From Sedimentisphaerales bacterium (GTDB lineage: Bacteria; Planctomycetota; Phycisphaerae; Sedimentisphaerales; SM23-30), in contig CAXXMR010000015.1 in NCBI GenBank assembly GCA_963663805.2, positions 96,001-160,000 on the forward strand: a DNA stretch of 64,000 nucleotides, written 5' to 3'. Positions within the stretch are counted from its first letter, which is position 1, and every line of letters starts with the position of its first letter. Shown here one piece after another: positions 1 to 10,857 of the stretch. The translations under genes and the position numbers were made by a program. The notes under the pieces were generated by a model. The model did no database searches. It was not told the DNA's origin and saw nothing but the letters and a program-made list of their open reading frames with translations.

Positions 1-414
1 CGGATCGGCAAATGGGTAGTCATCAGAGACAACGCCCTAAACCGCGGGTATTACTACGCCGCCCTGAAAAACAATAAAAACGACTATTATCCACCCGCCT
101 GGCAGACCAATCTTTACGGCGATGCCATGCCCGCCGCCGGCGAACTGCCCGACAGCAGAGTTTTCATTATCGGCAACAGTCGCGACCGCCAAAATATGTT
201 CATAACCATTTCCAACGACGGCATAACCTTCAACAAATCATGGCTCCTACTCCATATCGCCCACCAGCCCCTCAGCGGCATAGGCAAAAGCACAACCCCT
301 AGTGGTCCCCAATATTTCAAAACTGCCCTCGTCAAAAACAACCTCTGGGTAGTATACAGCATCGCCAAAGAAAAGATCGGAGTAACCAGAGTCCCCATAG
401 GTCTGCTAAACTAA
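1..414 (+). CDS. 3' part of an Asp-box/BNR (sialidase-like beta-propeller) protein, partial at window edge
   Basis: Frame is open from base 1 to the stop at 414; contains an Asp-box-like motif (ITISNDGITF). Confidence 0.55.
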   Translation, partial: RIGKWVVIRDNALNRGYYYAALKNNKNDYYPPAWQTNLYGDAMPAAGELPDSRVFIIGNSRDRQNMFITISNDGITFNKSWLLLHIAHQPLSGIGKSTTPSGPQYFKTALVKNNLWVVYSIAKEKIGVTRVPIGLLN

Positions 415-432
415 TGCACAACTGGGAAAGAA

Positions 433-1104
433 TTATTCATTAATCTCACGCTTCATCTTCTCTAACCGACGTTCAACCTCGTCTGAATGTTGAAGATTTT
501 CCAACTTTTCTTCCAGCAGTACAGTATCCATATTCCCACCTAGAATCTGGTTCTGTGCTTCCATCTCATCAACCTTATCCTCCATACGAATAACCAAATC
601 CATAATTTCCTGACCGGCCTTCAGGGAAAATTCTTGTGACTGCTCAAGCATTTTCTGCACAGCTTTGACTGAAACATGACGGTTTTTTACATCTCGAACC
701 CGCTCCCTCAGCTTCTGCAGGTTCTTCTGAAGCTGTTTGCGAACATCATGTGCATTCAAATAAGCTTTACGAGTTCCTTCGTGACCTTTTTCGATCTTCG
801 CTAATTGTTCTTCCGTCTCAACCTGTGCTGCCAGTGCCTGCCGTGCGGTTTCTTCATCACCATCGCGCAATGCCAACTCAGCACCTTTTTTTAGGCGCAG
901 CAAACGCCCTGCCCCCTCATCAACTCGTCGTTGCGAAGCCTTCAAAGCCGTCAATGACTTTGTTTCAGCATTTACAGCTTCTTTGAGTTTGTCTGCCAAC
1001 TCTCGCTGTAATTGCGGCAATACTATTTCTGGCTGCTCAAGCGAGTCGAGAAAAGCCTCGATTTTCGCCATGGTGATTCGCTTCAAGCGATCTATCTTAC
1101 CCAT
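433..1104 (-). CDS. pspA: PspA/IM30 family protein (paralogue 3)
   Basis: 223 aa; N-terminal amphipathic helix MGKIDRLKRITMAKIEAFLDSLEQPE, coiled coil, ALRDGDEETARQAL motif, C-terminal VERRLEKMK. Confidence 0.85.
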   Translation of the reverse strand: MGKIDRLKRITMAKIEAFLDSLEQPEIVLPQLQRELADKLKEAVNAETKSLTALKASQRRVDEGAGRLLRLKKGAELALRDGDEETARQALAAQVETEEQLAKIEKGHEGTRKAYLNAHDVRKQLQKNLQKLRERVRDVKNRHVSVKAVQKMLEQSQEFSLKAGQEIMDLVIRMEDKVDEMEAQNQILGGNMDTVLLEEKLENLQHSDEVERRLEKMKREINE

Positions 1105-1166
1105 TACGGCACATCCATTTTTTGTTCTACGACAGATGTATCATCTGCCAAAAGTATTTCATGTCA

Positions 1167-4100
1167 TCATTTCCCTTTTTTTCCGCGTTTGGCCTTCTTC
1201 TCATTTTCCCTGTCGAAATCTTCTGAGTGATAATGGTCCGTCAAAAACTGCTTCATTTCCGCATAGCCGGAAATCATCTTATCAAACCGCCCTATCAACT
1301 CTCGTACATATTTCTGCTGACCTTCACGGTTTTTTGTCACCCTCATAAGCCACGTTTCCATCGTCTTAAACTGCTCTTCCAGAACAGATAACAGCATATC
1401 ACCACTTTCTTGCGCCTCCCGGCCCTGCTGTAATTGGGATTGCTCGTGTAATTCCTGACGCTGAGCCTGTAATTCCCGCACCACATTGCCCATTCGCTCG
1501 GTCAAATCCCCCAGCGTTTGCTGAAAATGTTCATTCTCCTGCTTCGATTCGACCTTTATACGCTCGTCCTGCTGATGACATTTCTGTACACCTTCAGCCA
1601 GAACATCCTTGATCGAGTCAAGCCCCGCACCAAACGAACTCAACTGTCGGATCATCAGGTTCACCTTGTCATCCGAATCACCACCCAGCATTTGATTACG
1701 TCCAAACGTCTTTTTTATCTCATTCCAACGCCGGGTCTGCTGCTCGTCCAGTCGCCTGGTAAGTTCCCGGAACTTCAGCAGATTCGATTCGACACCACTG
1801 GTAAGCGTCTGGGCATCCTGCTCATAATTGGAGTATATCAGCGTCCAAAGCTCTTCATCATTCAGAACGGGCAGTACCCGCCCCGCGATACGGTTCATAT
1901 TACGATACGATCCCTGCAAGAGGAAAGACGGCTCGGTACGATACTCATCCGCCTGACCAGCCGACCGAATGTAATGCTGATTAACCGTGAGTACCACATC
2001 ACGCACCGTAAACAGCTTCTTCATCGTATTCACATATTCGTTCAGCTCATCAACAGCGTAATTGGCTTCGAACTCAACATCATCACGATTGCCCATCTCC
2101 GCCAGTTTGATGATCTGATAAACATCCTTTTGACTGCGATTGGCCAGCTTACCCAGTATCGGATTCGAGGTCAGACAGTTTTCGATATAGCTCAGCACAA
2201 AACTGTCATAATTGTCGCCCACAATATCCCCAATATTGTAAGTGTCGGCACGGTTCGCCAGCATATCAGGAATCTTAAACTTCTCACCGCTTTCGGTGTA
2301 AGGGTTTCCAGCCATCACCACGCAAACCCGCTTGCCCCGCAAATCGTAAGTCCGGCTACGCCCCTGATAAACCCCTTCAACCCGGCGCTGAGCATCACAA
2401 AGTGAAATGAACTTCTGCAAAAATTCCGGATTGCAATGTTGAATGTCATCAACATAAATCATTATATTATCGCCCATCTCAAACGCCAGATTGAGTTTGT
2501 GGATCTCTTCCCGTGCAGCCACGTTAGATGCCTCATCGGGATCAAAACTTGTCACCCGATTACCGACCACAGGCCCGTTAATCTTCATAAAAATCAAGCC
2601 CAGCCGGTTCGCGACATACTCCATCAGAGTTGTTTTGCCATAACCTGGCGGAGAAATCATCAGCAACAGCCCCTGCCTGTCCGTACGCTTATCAACCCCG
2701 GCTGTGCCAATTTGCTTGGCTAGATTATCGCCAATCAAAGGCAGATAAACCTTGTCGATCAACTTATTACGAACAAAGCTGCTCAGCACCCTCGGCATAA
2801 ATTCACTCAGGCGCAGCTTATCCTCATAATAATCTACCAACTCTTTCTTACGCTGCTGATACGCAGCAAACTTAGGCCCCGTAATCGCCTCATGCCCGCG
2901 CAACTTAGTCATAAACCGACAGTAATGCAGCCTGTAATTACCGTTCTCGATCAAGTCATGTGTACCCACCAGACCTTCTAATTCACTCTCCACAGACTGC
3001 GCCACCACTACACGCTTTACGGATTCATCATCCAGAATATAAGCCGCAGCTTCATCGGCACACTCTTCCAACCACCCTTCCTTGCTACTGCGTATAAATG
3101 CCTTCAGCCAGTCCCGCAACAGTTTATATGCTTCCAGGCCTTGCCTGCCCAACTCATCCAACGCTTCCCTTAGAGTTTTTTCCTGTTCCTGACTGAGTTG
3201 CAACTCGAATGCCTTTTGAATATCCACCGCAGCCTGACTCACACAGAACTCGCCCCCGCCACAAAGTTCTTCAAACAGATATTCAGCCGCCTCGTCAACC
3301 TCATCCACCCCAAACAAACCGCTCAGCCGCACAAATTCTTCTAACCCTTTACGCAGCAAATCAACATAATCACCACGCTCTGTACTCGTACCAAACGCTT
3401 CGCAAAGATATCCCATGCTCAAAATTTTTGCGGCCGTCTGCTTCCGAAACCGCTCATCACAATTTCTCCAGAACATAACTGCCAAAGCCCGCCCACAAGC
3501 TCCATAACGCAGCAGCCCGATCTCACCGGCCATCTGCAAAAGTCCCTGCAATATCACCGCCCCATCTACATCATGCACACCCTTGACATAGCCTTCCGCA
3601 AAACGCGGCCCCATATATTTCTGAACCGTAGCGACAACTTCATTCAGTTCCGCATACCGCAACATCTCAGCATCTATCGCGGAGTCGTTAAACATTTTAT
3701 ATGCCAGATATTCGCCACGATATACCTGTGCATTTTCCGAGAGGACATCCATGCTCCAAACATCCGCAGTTGCCGCCAGCTCTTCGTCTTCTATTTCTTC
3801 AAAGAAACCTGTCCCCGTCAAATGGTAGAACATCTTATTATCACGTTCCACCGTCGTTCCTTCAAGATTTTGTCGGTTCACGGTAAACTTATGACTGCCC
3901 AACCGGATTACATTCTCGCTGTCCTCATAAAGCCCCTGCCGGTCTTTCAGTTGCCGCACCGCTTCCTGCTGCAGTGACTTCAGCTGACTCTTGACATCCT
4001 CAGATTTAACTGTGTCGCCCAGCTCCTCAAGCTGCCGAACCGTCTCCCGCACTCGCTCCACCATCAGATCAGAAGCGAAATATCCATTGATCTCGTTTAT

Positions 4101-6518
4101 CTCGTTAAGCCGCGTCACCCTGCTGCGAATACCCTTTAGAATCCGCTGGGCCGCCGTCATCAGACTGTCTGTCCGCTGATTCCGCTGCGAAACCAGTTGA
4201 ACCTTACGCGACTCAAATGTATTATATATTTCCTCTCGCTTCTCTGTCAGTTCGCCCACAAACTCATCGTAATCCGCGAATTTACTTTCCAGCGTCTCAA
4301 TCTGCACCATAACCTTGGTCAGATACTCATCGCACTTTTCCGGACTGCTGCACAAATCCAGAAAATTAATCGCTGACTGCTCCAGAAGCTTAATCTGTGC
4401 TCCAAACTCCGCGCGTCCCTCAACTGCCGCCAGTTCCTTCATTTTATTCTTCAGAGCCGACCTGACCTGATTAACCGTGGCATAAACCAACGAAATGTTA
4501 TCGATTATCGTCGCGGTCTGAGTCGCATCCTCAATCTTCAGATTACTGACTATCTCAGTCAGCATCTCCAGTTCACCGGCGTTTTTGAGTATGTCCTGTT
4601 CAGCTTCCTTCGCCTGCGCTACCCGTACGATTTCCGGAACCAGCTCACGCAGCTTTTCAATTCGCACCTGATAATCACTCAGCGATTCAGCATCCAGAAG
4701 AAACTCCACACACAACCCGCTAAGTTTCTCCGCTACTCCGGCCACCTCACTTTCCAATCCCTCGACCTGCTCCATATCCGCATAACGAAGCTCTTTCAGC
4801 GAAATAACTTCACCCCGCACCGAACGCAGCTTCATTAAATGTTCGACAAAAGTATTTATGCTCTTGAGATTTCCGAAATCAATATCGCTGATGATGTCCC
4901 GTACCTGTCGACTAACCCGTTCTATCTCCTGCCGCGTATTCTGACGGGTTCGCACCACCTTTTCATACTCATCAATCGCCGAACTCGCCGCTGCCTTGAT
5001 TTCATTTAACGGGCCATCCAACTTGCCCGCCTCGTCAGATTTCAACCAAAAGTAGCCATCGATGATATTCTGGGCCAGCTTGCTTATGTCAGTATAAAGA
5101 TTAGTGTAACTTTCTTCCTTGCCTATCAGGGTCAGCAGTGCCGAGCACTCCGCCATACATTGCACAATATCCTTATTGCCGATATCATAAAGCTGCGAGT
5201 CATGCTTAACCTCAATCTGATAATCGGGTCCGTAATAGGGTGTCTGCCAAACCTGCACCACGTGCTGCTTCTGAGCTTCATCGCTGGCCCGAAAATACAG
5301 CATCGTACCATCTTCAAAGCCCGAATAGCCGTGACATATCACCGGTGTATCGACTCTCTGCTCGATAAGATTATACGAAAGCAGAATATAAACACCGCTG
5401 TCACGATTGTAGAAAATATAGAGAAAATCCTCACCGTTAGGAGAACTTATCCGCTTTTCGAATACCATATCCTCCATATCAGTCTCAAACTGCTTCCGCT
5501 GCCCGGTCTGCAAGTAATAACCATTACTGAATATCAAACCGCGGCCTTCCGGTAGCAGCACACAGGCATCCTTGATAGCATCTATCCGCACCGCCTGCTG
5601 AAGCTTTTCGTTATAAACGACATAGCGATAATTCTTCTCCTGATACGGCAACACCTTCAGAATGACCAGATTATCCAGAATCGCATAATGAATATCCGCA
5701 TCCGCCAGCGTCTGGTCCGGATCATCTACGGGTTCAGAATAAATCCCTTCGCCGGTCTCAGTATTATCTTCTATTTTGATAGTCAGATCGCCCCCTACCG
5801 TTTCGACAAATATCCTATCTTCGATCGAGATATGCGGACTAGCCCCACCGCGATGCATATCCTGCGTCACCCGCTTCCAGGCAAACTCGTGCTGCGACGG
5901 GAATACATGCTCATGGTCACTGCGATTGTTCAGATACTTCAGCTTACTGCCCTGAATAAGCCACTTGAATGTTTTTATATCAGTAACATCCTTGCCTACT
6001 CTGAATACCATGAACAGGTGCGGTCCAATCACAGAAAACTTGCTAAAACGTGCGTTACGATAATATTTGTACAGGTTCTGAAAATCAGCCTCAAACTGAC
6101 TATCCGTAATAAATTCCAGGCCTGCCACCGAAAGCTCGTTATTGAGCCAGTTATATGCAGAAAAAGTGTCACTGAGCCGGGTTTCAGATCTCAGCCCCAC
6201 GAAAACATTATAGCCAAACAAAAACTTATGATCGACCGGAACCATATCACGCGGAATACAATTGTTCTCCGTACTTATCCGCTGACTCGACAACAGCTTC
6301 GTTTCTACCGCACCAAACACCCCTTTGCGTGCAGAATTAAGCTTATCGATACGCGATCGCAACTCCTTGCCGTGTGTCAGCAGCCGATTGCGGATAATCT
6401 CATAAGTCCCCCCTTCCAACTGTCCATCCGCAGGAACGCCCACAGCTTTAACTTTAGCTTCTTTTTCAACCATATAACACCAAAAGCAACTGATATCAAA
6501 TAAACAAAGTCTGCCCAA
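1167..6518 (-). CDS. Large coiled-coil AAA+ ATPase (DUF3686 / DNA repair ATPase-annotated family)
   Basis: 1,783 aa; Walker A SPPGYGKTT, Walker B MIYVDDIQH, sensor-1-like VMAGNPY; long central coiled coil; true start is probably the second Met (MVEKE). Confidence 0.8.
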   Translation of the reverse strand: MGRLCLFDISCFWCYMVEKEAKVKAVGVPADGQLEGGTYEIIRNRLLTHGKELRSRIDKLNSARKGVFGAVETKLLSSQRISTENNCIPRDMVPVDHKFLFGYNVFVGLRSETRLSDTFSAYNWLNNELSVAGLEFITDSQFEADFQNLYKYYRNARFSKFSVIGPHLFMVFRVGKDVTDIKTFKWLIQGSKLKYLNNRSDHEHVFPSQHEFAWKRVTQDMHRGGASPHISIEDRIFVETVGGDLTIKIEDNTETGEGIYSEPVDDPDQTLADADIHYAILDNLVILKVLPYQEKNYRYVVYNEKLQQAVRIDAIKDACVLLPEGRGLIFSNGYYLQTGQRKQFETDMEDMVFEKRISSPNGEDFLYIFYNRDSGVYILLSYNLIEQRVDTPVICHGYSGFEDGTMLYFRASDEAQKQHVVQVWQTPYYGPDYQIEVKHDSQLYDIGNKDIVQCMAECSALLTLIGKEESYTNLYTDISKLAQNIIDGYFWLKSDEAGKLDGPLNEIKAAASSAIDEYEKVVRTRQNTRQEIERVSRQVRDIISDIDFGNLKSINTFVEHLMKLRSVRGEVISLKELRYADMEQVEGLESEVAGVAEKLSGLCVEFLLDAESLSDYQVRIEKLRELVPEIVRVAQAKEAEQDILKNAGELEMLTEIVSNLKIEDATQTATIIDNISLVYATVNQVRSALKNKMKELAAVEGRAEFGAQIKLLEQSAINFLDLCSSPEKCDEYLTKVMVQIETLESKFADYDEFVGELTEKREEIYNTFESRKVQLVSQRNQRTDSLMTAAQRILKGIRSRVTRLNEINEINGYFASDLMVERVRETVRQLEELGDTVKSEDVKSQLKSLQQEAVRQLKDRQGLYEDSENVIRLGSHKFTVNRQNLEGTTVERDNKMFYHLTGTGFFEEIEDEELAATADVWSMDVLSENAQVYRGEYLAYKMFNDSAIDAEMLRYAELNEVVATVQKYMGPRFAEGYVKGVHDVDGAVILQGLLQMAGEIGLLRYGACGRALAVMFWRNCDERFRKQTAAKILSMGYLCEAFGTSTERGDYVDLLRKGLEEFVRLSGLFGVDEVDEAAEYLFEELCGGGEFCVSQAAVDIQKAFELQLSQEQEKTLREALDELGRQGLEAYKLLRDWLKAFIRSSKEGWLEECADEAAAYILDDESVKRVVVAQSVESELEGLVGTHDLIENGNYRLHYCRFMTKLRGHEAITGPKFAAYQQRKKELVDYYEDKLRLSEFMPRVLSSFVRNKLIDKVYLPLIGDNLAKQIGTAGVDKRTDRQGLLLMISPPGYGKTTLMEYVANRLGLIFMKINGPVVGNRVTSFDPDEASNVAAREEIHKLNLAFEMGDNIMIYVDDIQHCNPEFLQKFISLCDAQRRVEGVYQGRSRTYDLRGKRVCVVMAGNPYTESGEKFKIPDMLANRADTYNIGDIVGDNYDSFVLSYIENCLTSNPILGKLANRSQKDVYQIIKLAEMGNRDDVEFEANYAVDELNEYVNTMKKLFTVRDVVLTVNQHYIRSAGQADEYRTEPSFLLQGSYRNMNRIAGRVLPVLNDEELWTLIYSNYEQDAQTLTSGVESNLLKFRELTRRLDEQQTRRWNEIKKTFGRNQMLGGDSDDKVNLMIRQLSSFGAGLDSIKDVLAEGVQKCHQQDERIKVESKQENEHFQQTLGDLTERMGNVVRELQAQRQELHEQSQLQQGREAQESGDMLLSVLEEQFKTMETWLMRVTKNREGQQKYVRELIGRFDKMISGYAEMKQFLTDHYHSEDFDRENEKKAKRGKKGK

Positions 6519-6538
6519 CCAAAGTCACACTATTAACC

Positions 6539-8530
6539 TCATGCCTGCTTAATAAAGTTCTTGGCCGGCACATCAGCCATCCCTAATGACTTGACAGTGT
6601 CCAGCAAACTCTGCAAGGTTCCTTTTTGGCCTTTATCAGATTTTTCTATCAATTTCAGCATCAACGCCGAAACAGACAGATTCGCGATATCCTGCGATTT
6701 TATGCCAAATTGTCCCACAAAATCACGTATCTTCTGAACAGTCTCTTCCGAATCATTCGTCAAAAAAGTTTCTTTTACGTTGGTCAACAATTCGCTGTTA
6801 TCAACCATCCGGTCCACACTCTTGCCGCTGGTAATCGAACCCACCAAACGCTCAAAGAATCGGTTCTCGCCACCAACAATATCGATCCGCGCCGACTTGA
6901 GGGCCTCACCCACGATAATCGCCTGCTGCTCAGCGATATCCTTCTGGATATTGATTTCCGCCAGCTCAACTTCCAGATCCTTATTAAGCCGCAGTTTGAA
7001 TTCTTCGTGGTCCTTGCCCACCGCGTCGAAAATCTTCATAGCCTCAGCCTTGTCCCGAATACCGTCAGCTTCAGCATGATATTTCAATTCCATTATCTTA
7101 GCCTGAGCTGTACCTTCTTTCTCTAATGCCACCGCCTGAGCTTCGGTAACTTCCGCCTGAGCCATACCCACAACCGCTTCTTCCTTCACCGATGCCGCCG
7201 CCAGCACTTTCTTGGCATTGGCGTTTTTGTCTGATGCTTTTAGGTTGGCATCCGCCTCAATAATCAACTGTTCGGCATGAAGTTCGGCAGCTTTCTTTTC
7301 CGCCTCGGCAGCCTTAATATCTTTAACCAATGCCGCTTCAGCCTGCTCCTCAGCCTTGGTGATCTGTACTTTCTTGGAACGTTCCGCCGTAGCGAACTCA
7401 CGCGTATCCTTAATGCGTTCTTCTTCCGCCACAACCGTCTTTTCGATCATCACACGTTCCCGCACCGCCGCTTGAACATTTTTCTTTTCGCCTTCAACAA
7501 TTTTATCTTTTTCCAGCTGTGCCACCGACACCAGCCGCTCACGCTCTGTAGCTTCCAACCCACGATCACGTTCAACACGTTCGGTCTCAACCGCATCGGT
7601 CCGCTGCTTGTTCTTCGCTGCCACAATAATCTGACGCTGTTTATTCTCTTCAGCGACCGCGATTTCCTCATCAGCCGTAATACGCGCCTTTTCCGCTTTT
7701 TCACGCTCGGTTTCCTGTACCCGCTTTGCCTCAGCCTCTTCATGGGCCTGAATCGACGCGATCTCACGCTTCTGCTTGGCTTCCGCCTCCGCTAACTGCT
7801 TGTTAAGTTCCAGAATAGCTTCTTTCGCTTCCACATCCTGTTGGGTAATGGTCTTATCCTTTTCACGTTCCCGCGCATTAGCCATCTCAAACTGGGCCGC
7901 TGTCAGCATCGTAATCTTCTTGATACCCTCGGCATCCAGAATATTGTCCGGACTCAGCAGTTTCTTGTCCGTCTGCTCCAGATAATCGATAGCCGCGTCT
8001 TCCAGCACATATCCACTCAAATCCGTACCAATAACCCCTAAAATCTGCTCCCGGAATTTCACCCGGTTCGTATAAAGCTCCGAAAAATCAAACTGCTTGC
8101 CCACCGTCTTGAGTGCTTCACTGAACTTCGCATCAAACAGCTCTATCAACGCCTGCCGATCACTCGCCCGCTTACAGCCCAGAGACTGAGCGACCTTTAT
8201 CACGTCCGCCGCGGTGTTATTAACACGTACAAAAAACGCCACTACAATATCAGCCCGCAGATTATCCTTACAAATCAACCCCTGCAAACCACGCCGGTCA
8301 ATCTCGATCCGCTTAACCGAAATATCCATGTATTCCACCTTATGCAGGATCGGAATCACAAATTTTCCGGAAAAACTCACCCTAGTCCCGCCCACACCAT
8401 TACGTATCAATGCCTCACCCTGAGAAACTTTCCGGTAACACTTTATTAAAAGAGCCAGAAAGCCCACCACGATGATAACCACCGCCACCATTGCCACCGA
8501 CAACACATCCTGAGCAAATGCCAACATCAT
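6539..8530 (-). CDS. Flotillin/SPFH (YqiK-like) membrane protein
   Basis: N-terminal TM helix, SPFH domain (LICKDNLRADIVVAFFVRV), Ala/Glu-rich coiled coil. Confidence 0.88.
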   Translation of the reverse strand: MMLAFAQDVLSVAMVAVVIIVVGFLALLIKCYRKVSQGEALIRNGVGGTRVSFSGKFVIPILHKVEYMDISVKRIEIDRRGLQGLICKDNLRADIVVAFFVRVNNTAADVIKVAQSLGCKRASDRQALIELFDAKFSEALKTVGKQFDFSELYTNRVKFREQILGVIGTDLSGYVLEDAAIDYLEQTDKKLLSPDNILDAEGIKKITMLTAAQFEMANAREREKDKTITQQDVEAKEAILELNKQLAEAEAKQKREIASIQAHEEAEAKRVQETEREKAEKARITADEEIAVAEENKQRQIIVAAKNKQRTDAVETERVERDRGLEATERERLVSVAQLEKDKIVEGEKKNVQAAVRERVMIEKTVVAEEERIKDTREFATAERSKKVQITKAEEQAEAALVKDIKAAEAEKKAAELHAEQLIIEADANLKASDKNANAKKVLAAASVKEEAVVGMAQAEVTEAQAVALEKEGTAQAKIMELKYHAEADGIRDKAEAMKIFDAVGKDHEEFKLRLNKDLEVELAEINIQKDIAEQQAIIVGEALKSARIDIVGGENRFFERLVGSITSGKSVDRMVDNSELLTNVKETFLTNDSEETVQKIRDFVGQFGIKSQDIANLSVSALMLKLIEKSDKGQKGTLQSLLDTVKSLGMADVPAKNFIKQA

Positions 8531-8532
8531 AA

Positions 8533-9186
8533 TTAAATCTCCAAATCTACCGGGGCGATATAATATACCCCGCTGCCTTTATCTTGTCCCACAACCACAG
8601 CCTCGTCGCCTTTACGCATCACCTGGCCGTCTTCGGTCTTAACATTCAATACTATTGGTGCTCCTTCAGTGCGCACCTCTGCCTGCCCCAACCTGTCTGA
8701 AACTTCACTTGTCAATATTGTGCAAATCCTCCCCACAACTTTTCGCGGAGCGTTATAATCTTTATTAAAAAAGCTGAAAAACTTCTTTAGAGGTGCCGCG
8801 AATATACGAGTCACCAGCCCGCTGACAACAATATTCCCAGCCAGGATACCTATGCCAAATACCAGATTCCTGCCCGGATTCAAATAATAATTACCTATCA
8901 GAGAGACTATCCACATACACAAAACCATAATACTTATCAGCACCATCACCGGCACTTCACCGATATAGAAAAACTCCAGCACTCCTCGCCAGACCCCACC
9001 CGCTTCAACATCAATCTCAGCATCCGCATCGACATCGCCTTCGACATCCCAGTCAACATCTAAAAAGCTGACATCCATCAGCCCCACAATGACTGTTATC
9101 CAGTACACTACTATCAAAATAAATAGTGTACTGCAAAGCACATTAACCGGTAAAAATGCCTCATGTACCAGTTCGCCCATAACCAC
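8533..9186 (-). CDS. YqiJ/NfeD-like membrane protein with C-terminal OB fold
   Basis: Hydrophobic helices, acidic DVDADAEID loop, C-terminal GRICTI...GQAEV...KGDEAVVVG OB-like segment; directly upstream of the flotillin gene. Confidence 0.75.
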   Translation of the reverse strand: MVMGELVHEAFLPVNVLCSTLFILIVVYWITVIVGLMDVSFLDVDWDVEGDVDADAEIDVEAGGVWRGVLEFFYIGEVPVMVLISIMVLCMWIVSLIGNYYLNPGRNLVFGIGILAGNIVVSGLVTRIFAAPLKKFFSFFNKDYNAPRKVVGRICTILTSEVSDRLGQAEVRTEGAPIVLNVKTEDGQVMRKGDEAVVVGQDKGSGVYYIAPVDLEI

Positions 9187-9200
9187 TCCCCAAAGAGGTT

Positions 9201-9890
9201 TTATTCCCCTATTTTATCCTTTAACGCCTGCATTTCTGCCTCGACTTGCATCTCACGTACCCGGTCGGTAAGCTCGGCATCACTGAAATCACTCCCCCTC
9301 ATCTCCTGACGCACTTCCATTTCCGCCTCAGCAGTCAAAACCTCATCTTCCAGCCGATCAAAAGCACCAGCCTGCTCAACCGACCCCACCCTGTCCAGTT
9401 GCCGATCAAAAGCATTCTGGGCCTCGGCGTTACTCTTGCGTGCCTGCAAATCTCTCAATTTAAGCTTTGCCAGTTTCAACTGGTCCTGCAGCTTCAGAAG
9501 ATTATCACGCAGCATCTCAAAATTCTTTTTACCTTGCTCCACCCCGCTCTGTAATTGCCCTAACCGTTCTGTAACCTTAACTTTTTCAAGCAGCAGTTTG
9601 CGTGTCAGTTCATCATTGCCGCTTTTAAGGGCCTGCTCCGCCTTCTCTACCAGCTGCTTCTGCATAGCTTCCAGAGAATCAGTTTCTTTCTTCAAGCGGT
9701 TATAAGTTGCCCCATAAACCGCGGCACTTTCCCGCCCCTGTCCAATAGTATCTTCCAACTCTTTGATCCTGGCCTCCAACTCATTTTCGGCCGGCTCCAT
9801 CTGATCCAAAAGCCAGTTAACATTACTTTTCACAATCCGCCTGACTCTATCCAGAATTGACATAACTATCACTCCTGTTCTGAAAAACAT
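9201..9890 (-). CDS. pspA: PspA/IM30 family protein (paralogue 2)
   Basis: MSILDRVRRIVKSNVNWLLDQMEPAE; ALKSGNDELTRK; AFDRLEDEV; C-terminal VEAEMQALKDKI. Confidence 0.88.
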   Translation of the reverse strand: MFFRTGVIVMSILDRVRRIVKSNVNWLLDQMEPAENELEARIKELEDTIGQGRESAAVYGATYNRLKKETDSLEAMQKQLVEKAEQALKSGNDELTRKLLLEKVKVTERLGQLQSGVEQGKKNFEMLRDNLLKLQDQLKLAKLKLRDLQARKSNAEAQNAFDRQLDRVGSVEQAGAFDRLEDEVLTAEAEMEVRQEMRGSDFSDAELTDRVREMQVEAEMQALKDKIGE

Positions 9891-10088
9891 ATTTATCAGA
9901 ATTACACATCACATGCCGACCTTGAATATCCACTCAAAAACAGCCACGAAACACCTAACCAGTACGAAACATACCAACAAACACGCAGGGATTACACTTC
10001 ACTGAAAGAGACAGTGTTACACCAGCGACAACGTTATACAGCTTGCGTTCGCCACAGCGGCCTATCGGAACGATACGTACTGATACAG

Positions 10089-10769
10089 TTAGTGCGATAC
10101 GCACCGACGTAACTCAGACAAACGTTTTTCGATTTCCGCTTCGTGGTCCAGTTCCCGTAACCGCTTTTCCAGCGAAGGACTTACTTCACCTTCTCCGGTA
10201 AGGTCAGCCTGAATCTCAAGTTGCGTTTCAACCTCTTCGACATGTGCTTCCAGCCGCGCCACTGCGTCCAGAATACTGTCACTGCTGCCTACACCGCCGC
10301 TTACTGTACGTTGAATGTTAGATTGTGTTTTAGCGATTCTTGCCCGGGTTAGCAAGGCATCTTTTTTACAGCGTAACTCATCCAGCTGCTGTTGAATGCG
10401 TTTTCGACTGACTTTTGCCCGGTCCAGCGCATCAACCGACCGGTCCAGATTCTGCTGGGCAATGCCCATAACCTTTTCACCGTCGATTTGAGCCTCGACC
10501 GCCAGACGAGCCGTATCCTCATCCTGCTTCTCTAAAGCCTGTCTGGCTCCGCGGTTATATTTCTCCAACCGCTGCTGATGCCGCTCCAGATCGCGTTCCG
10601 CCTGCTTAACAGCAGCCGATGCCTTGGCTTCTGCCTCACTGGCCTGAACCAGCTGCTTCTCCATCTCTTCGATGAGAATAGGAAATACCCGTTCCGGATC
10701 TTCCACCTGGTCTAAAAAGGCTTCGATCCTGCCCATAGTGATTCTGTGGAGACGTTTGAATAGCCCCAT
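10089..10769 (-). CDS. pspA: PspA/IM30 family protein (paralogue 1)
   Basis: MGLFKRLHRITMGRIEAFLDQVEDPE; ALEKQDEDTARLA; C-terminal IEKRLSELR. Confidence 0.88.
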   Translation of the reverse strand: MGLFKRLHRITMGRIEAFLDQVEDPERVFPILIEEMEKQLVQASEAEAKASAAVKQAERDLERHQQRLEKYNRGARQALEKQDEDTARLAVEAQIDGEKVMGIAQQNLDRSVDALDRAKVSRKRIQQQLDELRCKKDALLTRARIAKTQSNIQRTVSGGVGSSDSILDAVARLEAHVEEVETQLEIQADLTGEGEVSPSLEKRLRELDHEAEIEKRLSELRRCVSH

Positions 10770-10792
10770 ACTAATACTCCTTCTTGCTAGGC

Positions 10793-10857
10793 TTCCGACA
10801 CAATTGTCGGAATGACCGACGACGAAAAGCTATAAGCTTTCCTGATCGTCCATTATA
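10793..10857 (-). promoter_or_regulatory. Candidate promoter/operator of the pspA-flotillin operon
   Basis: TATAAT on the minus strand at 10852-10857; perfect inverted repeat TTCCGACA-caat-TGTCGGAA at 10793-10812, just upstream of the first pspA. Confidence 0.45.

Noticed and set aside
1518..8423. Long plus-strand ORFs opposite the ATPase/flotillin genes (and similar ones opposite the phage genes)
   Set aside because: Antisense shadows of real minus-strand genes, with no motifs
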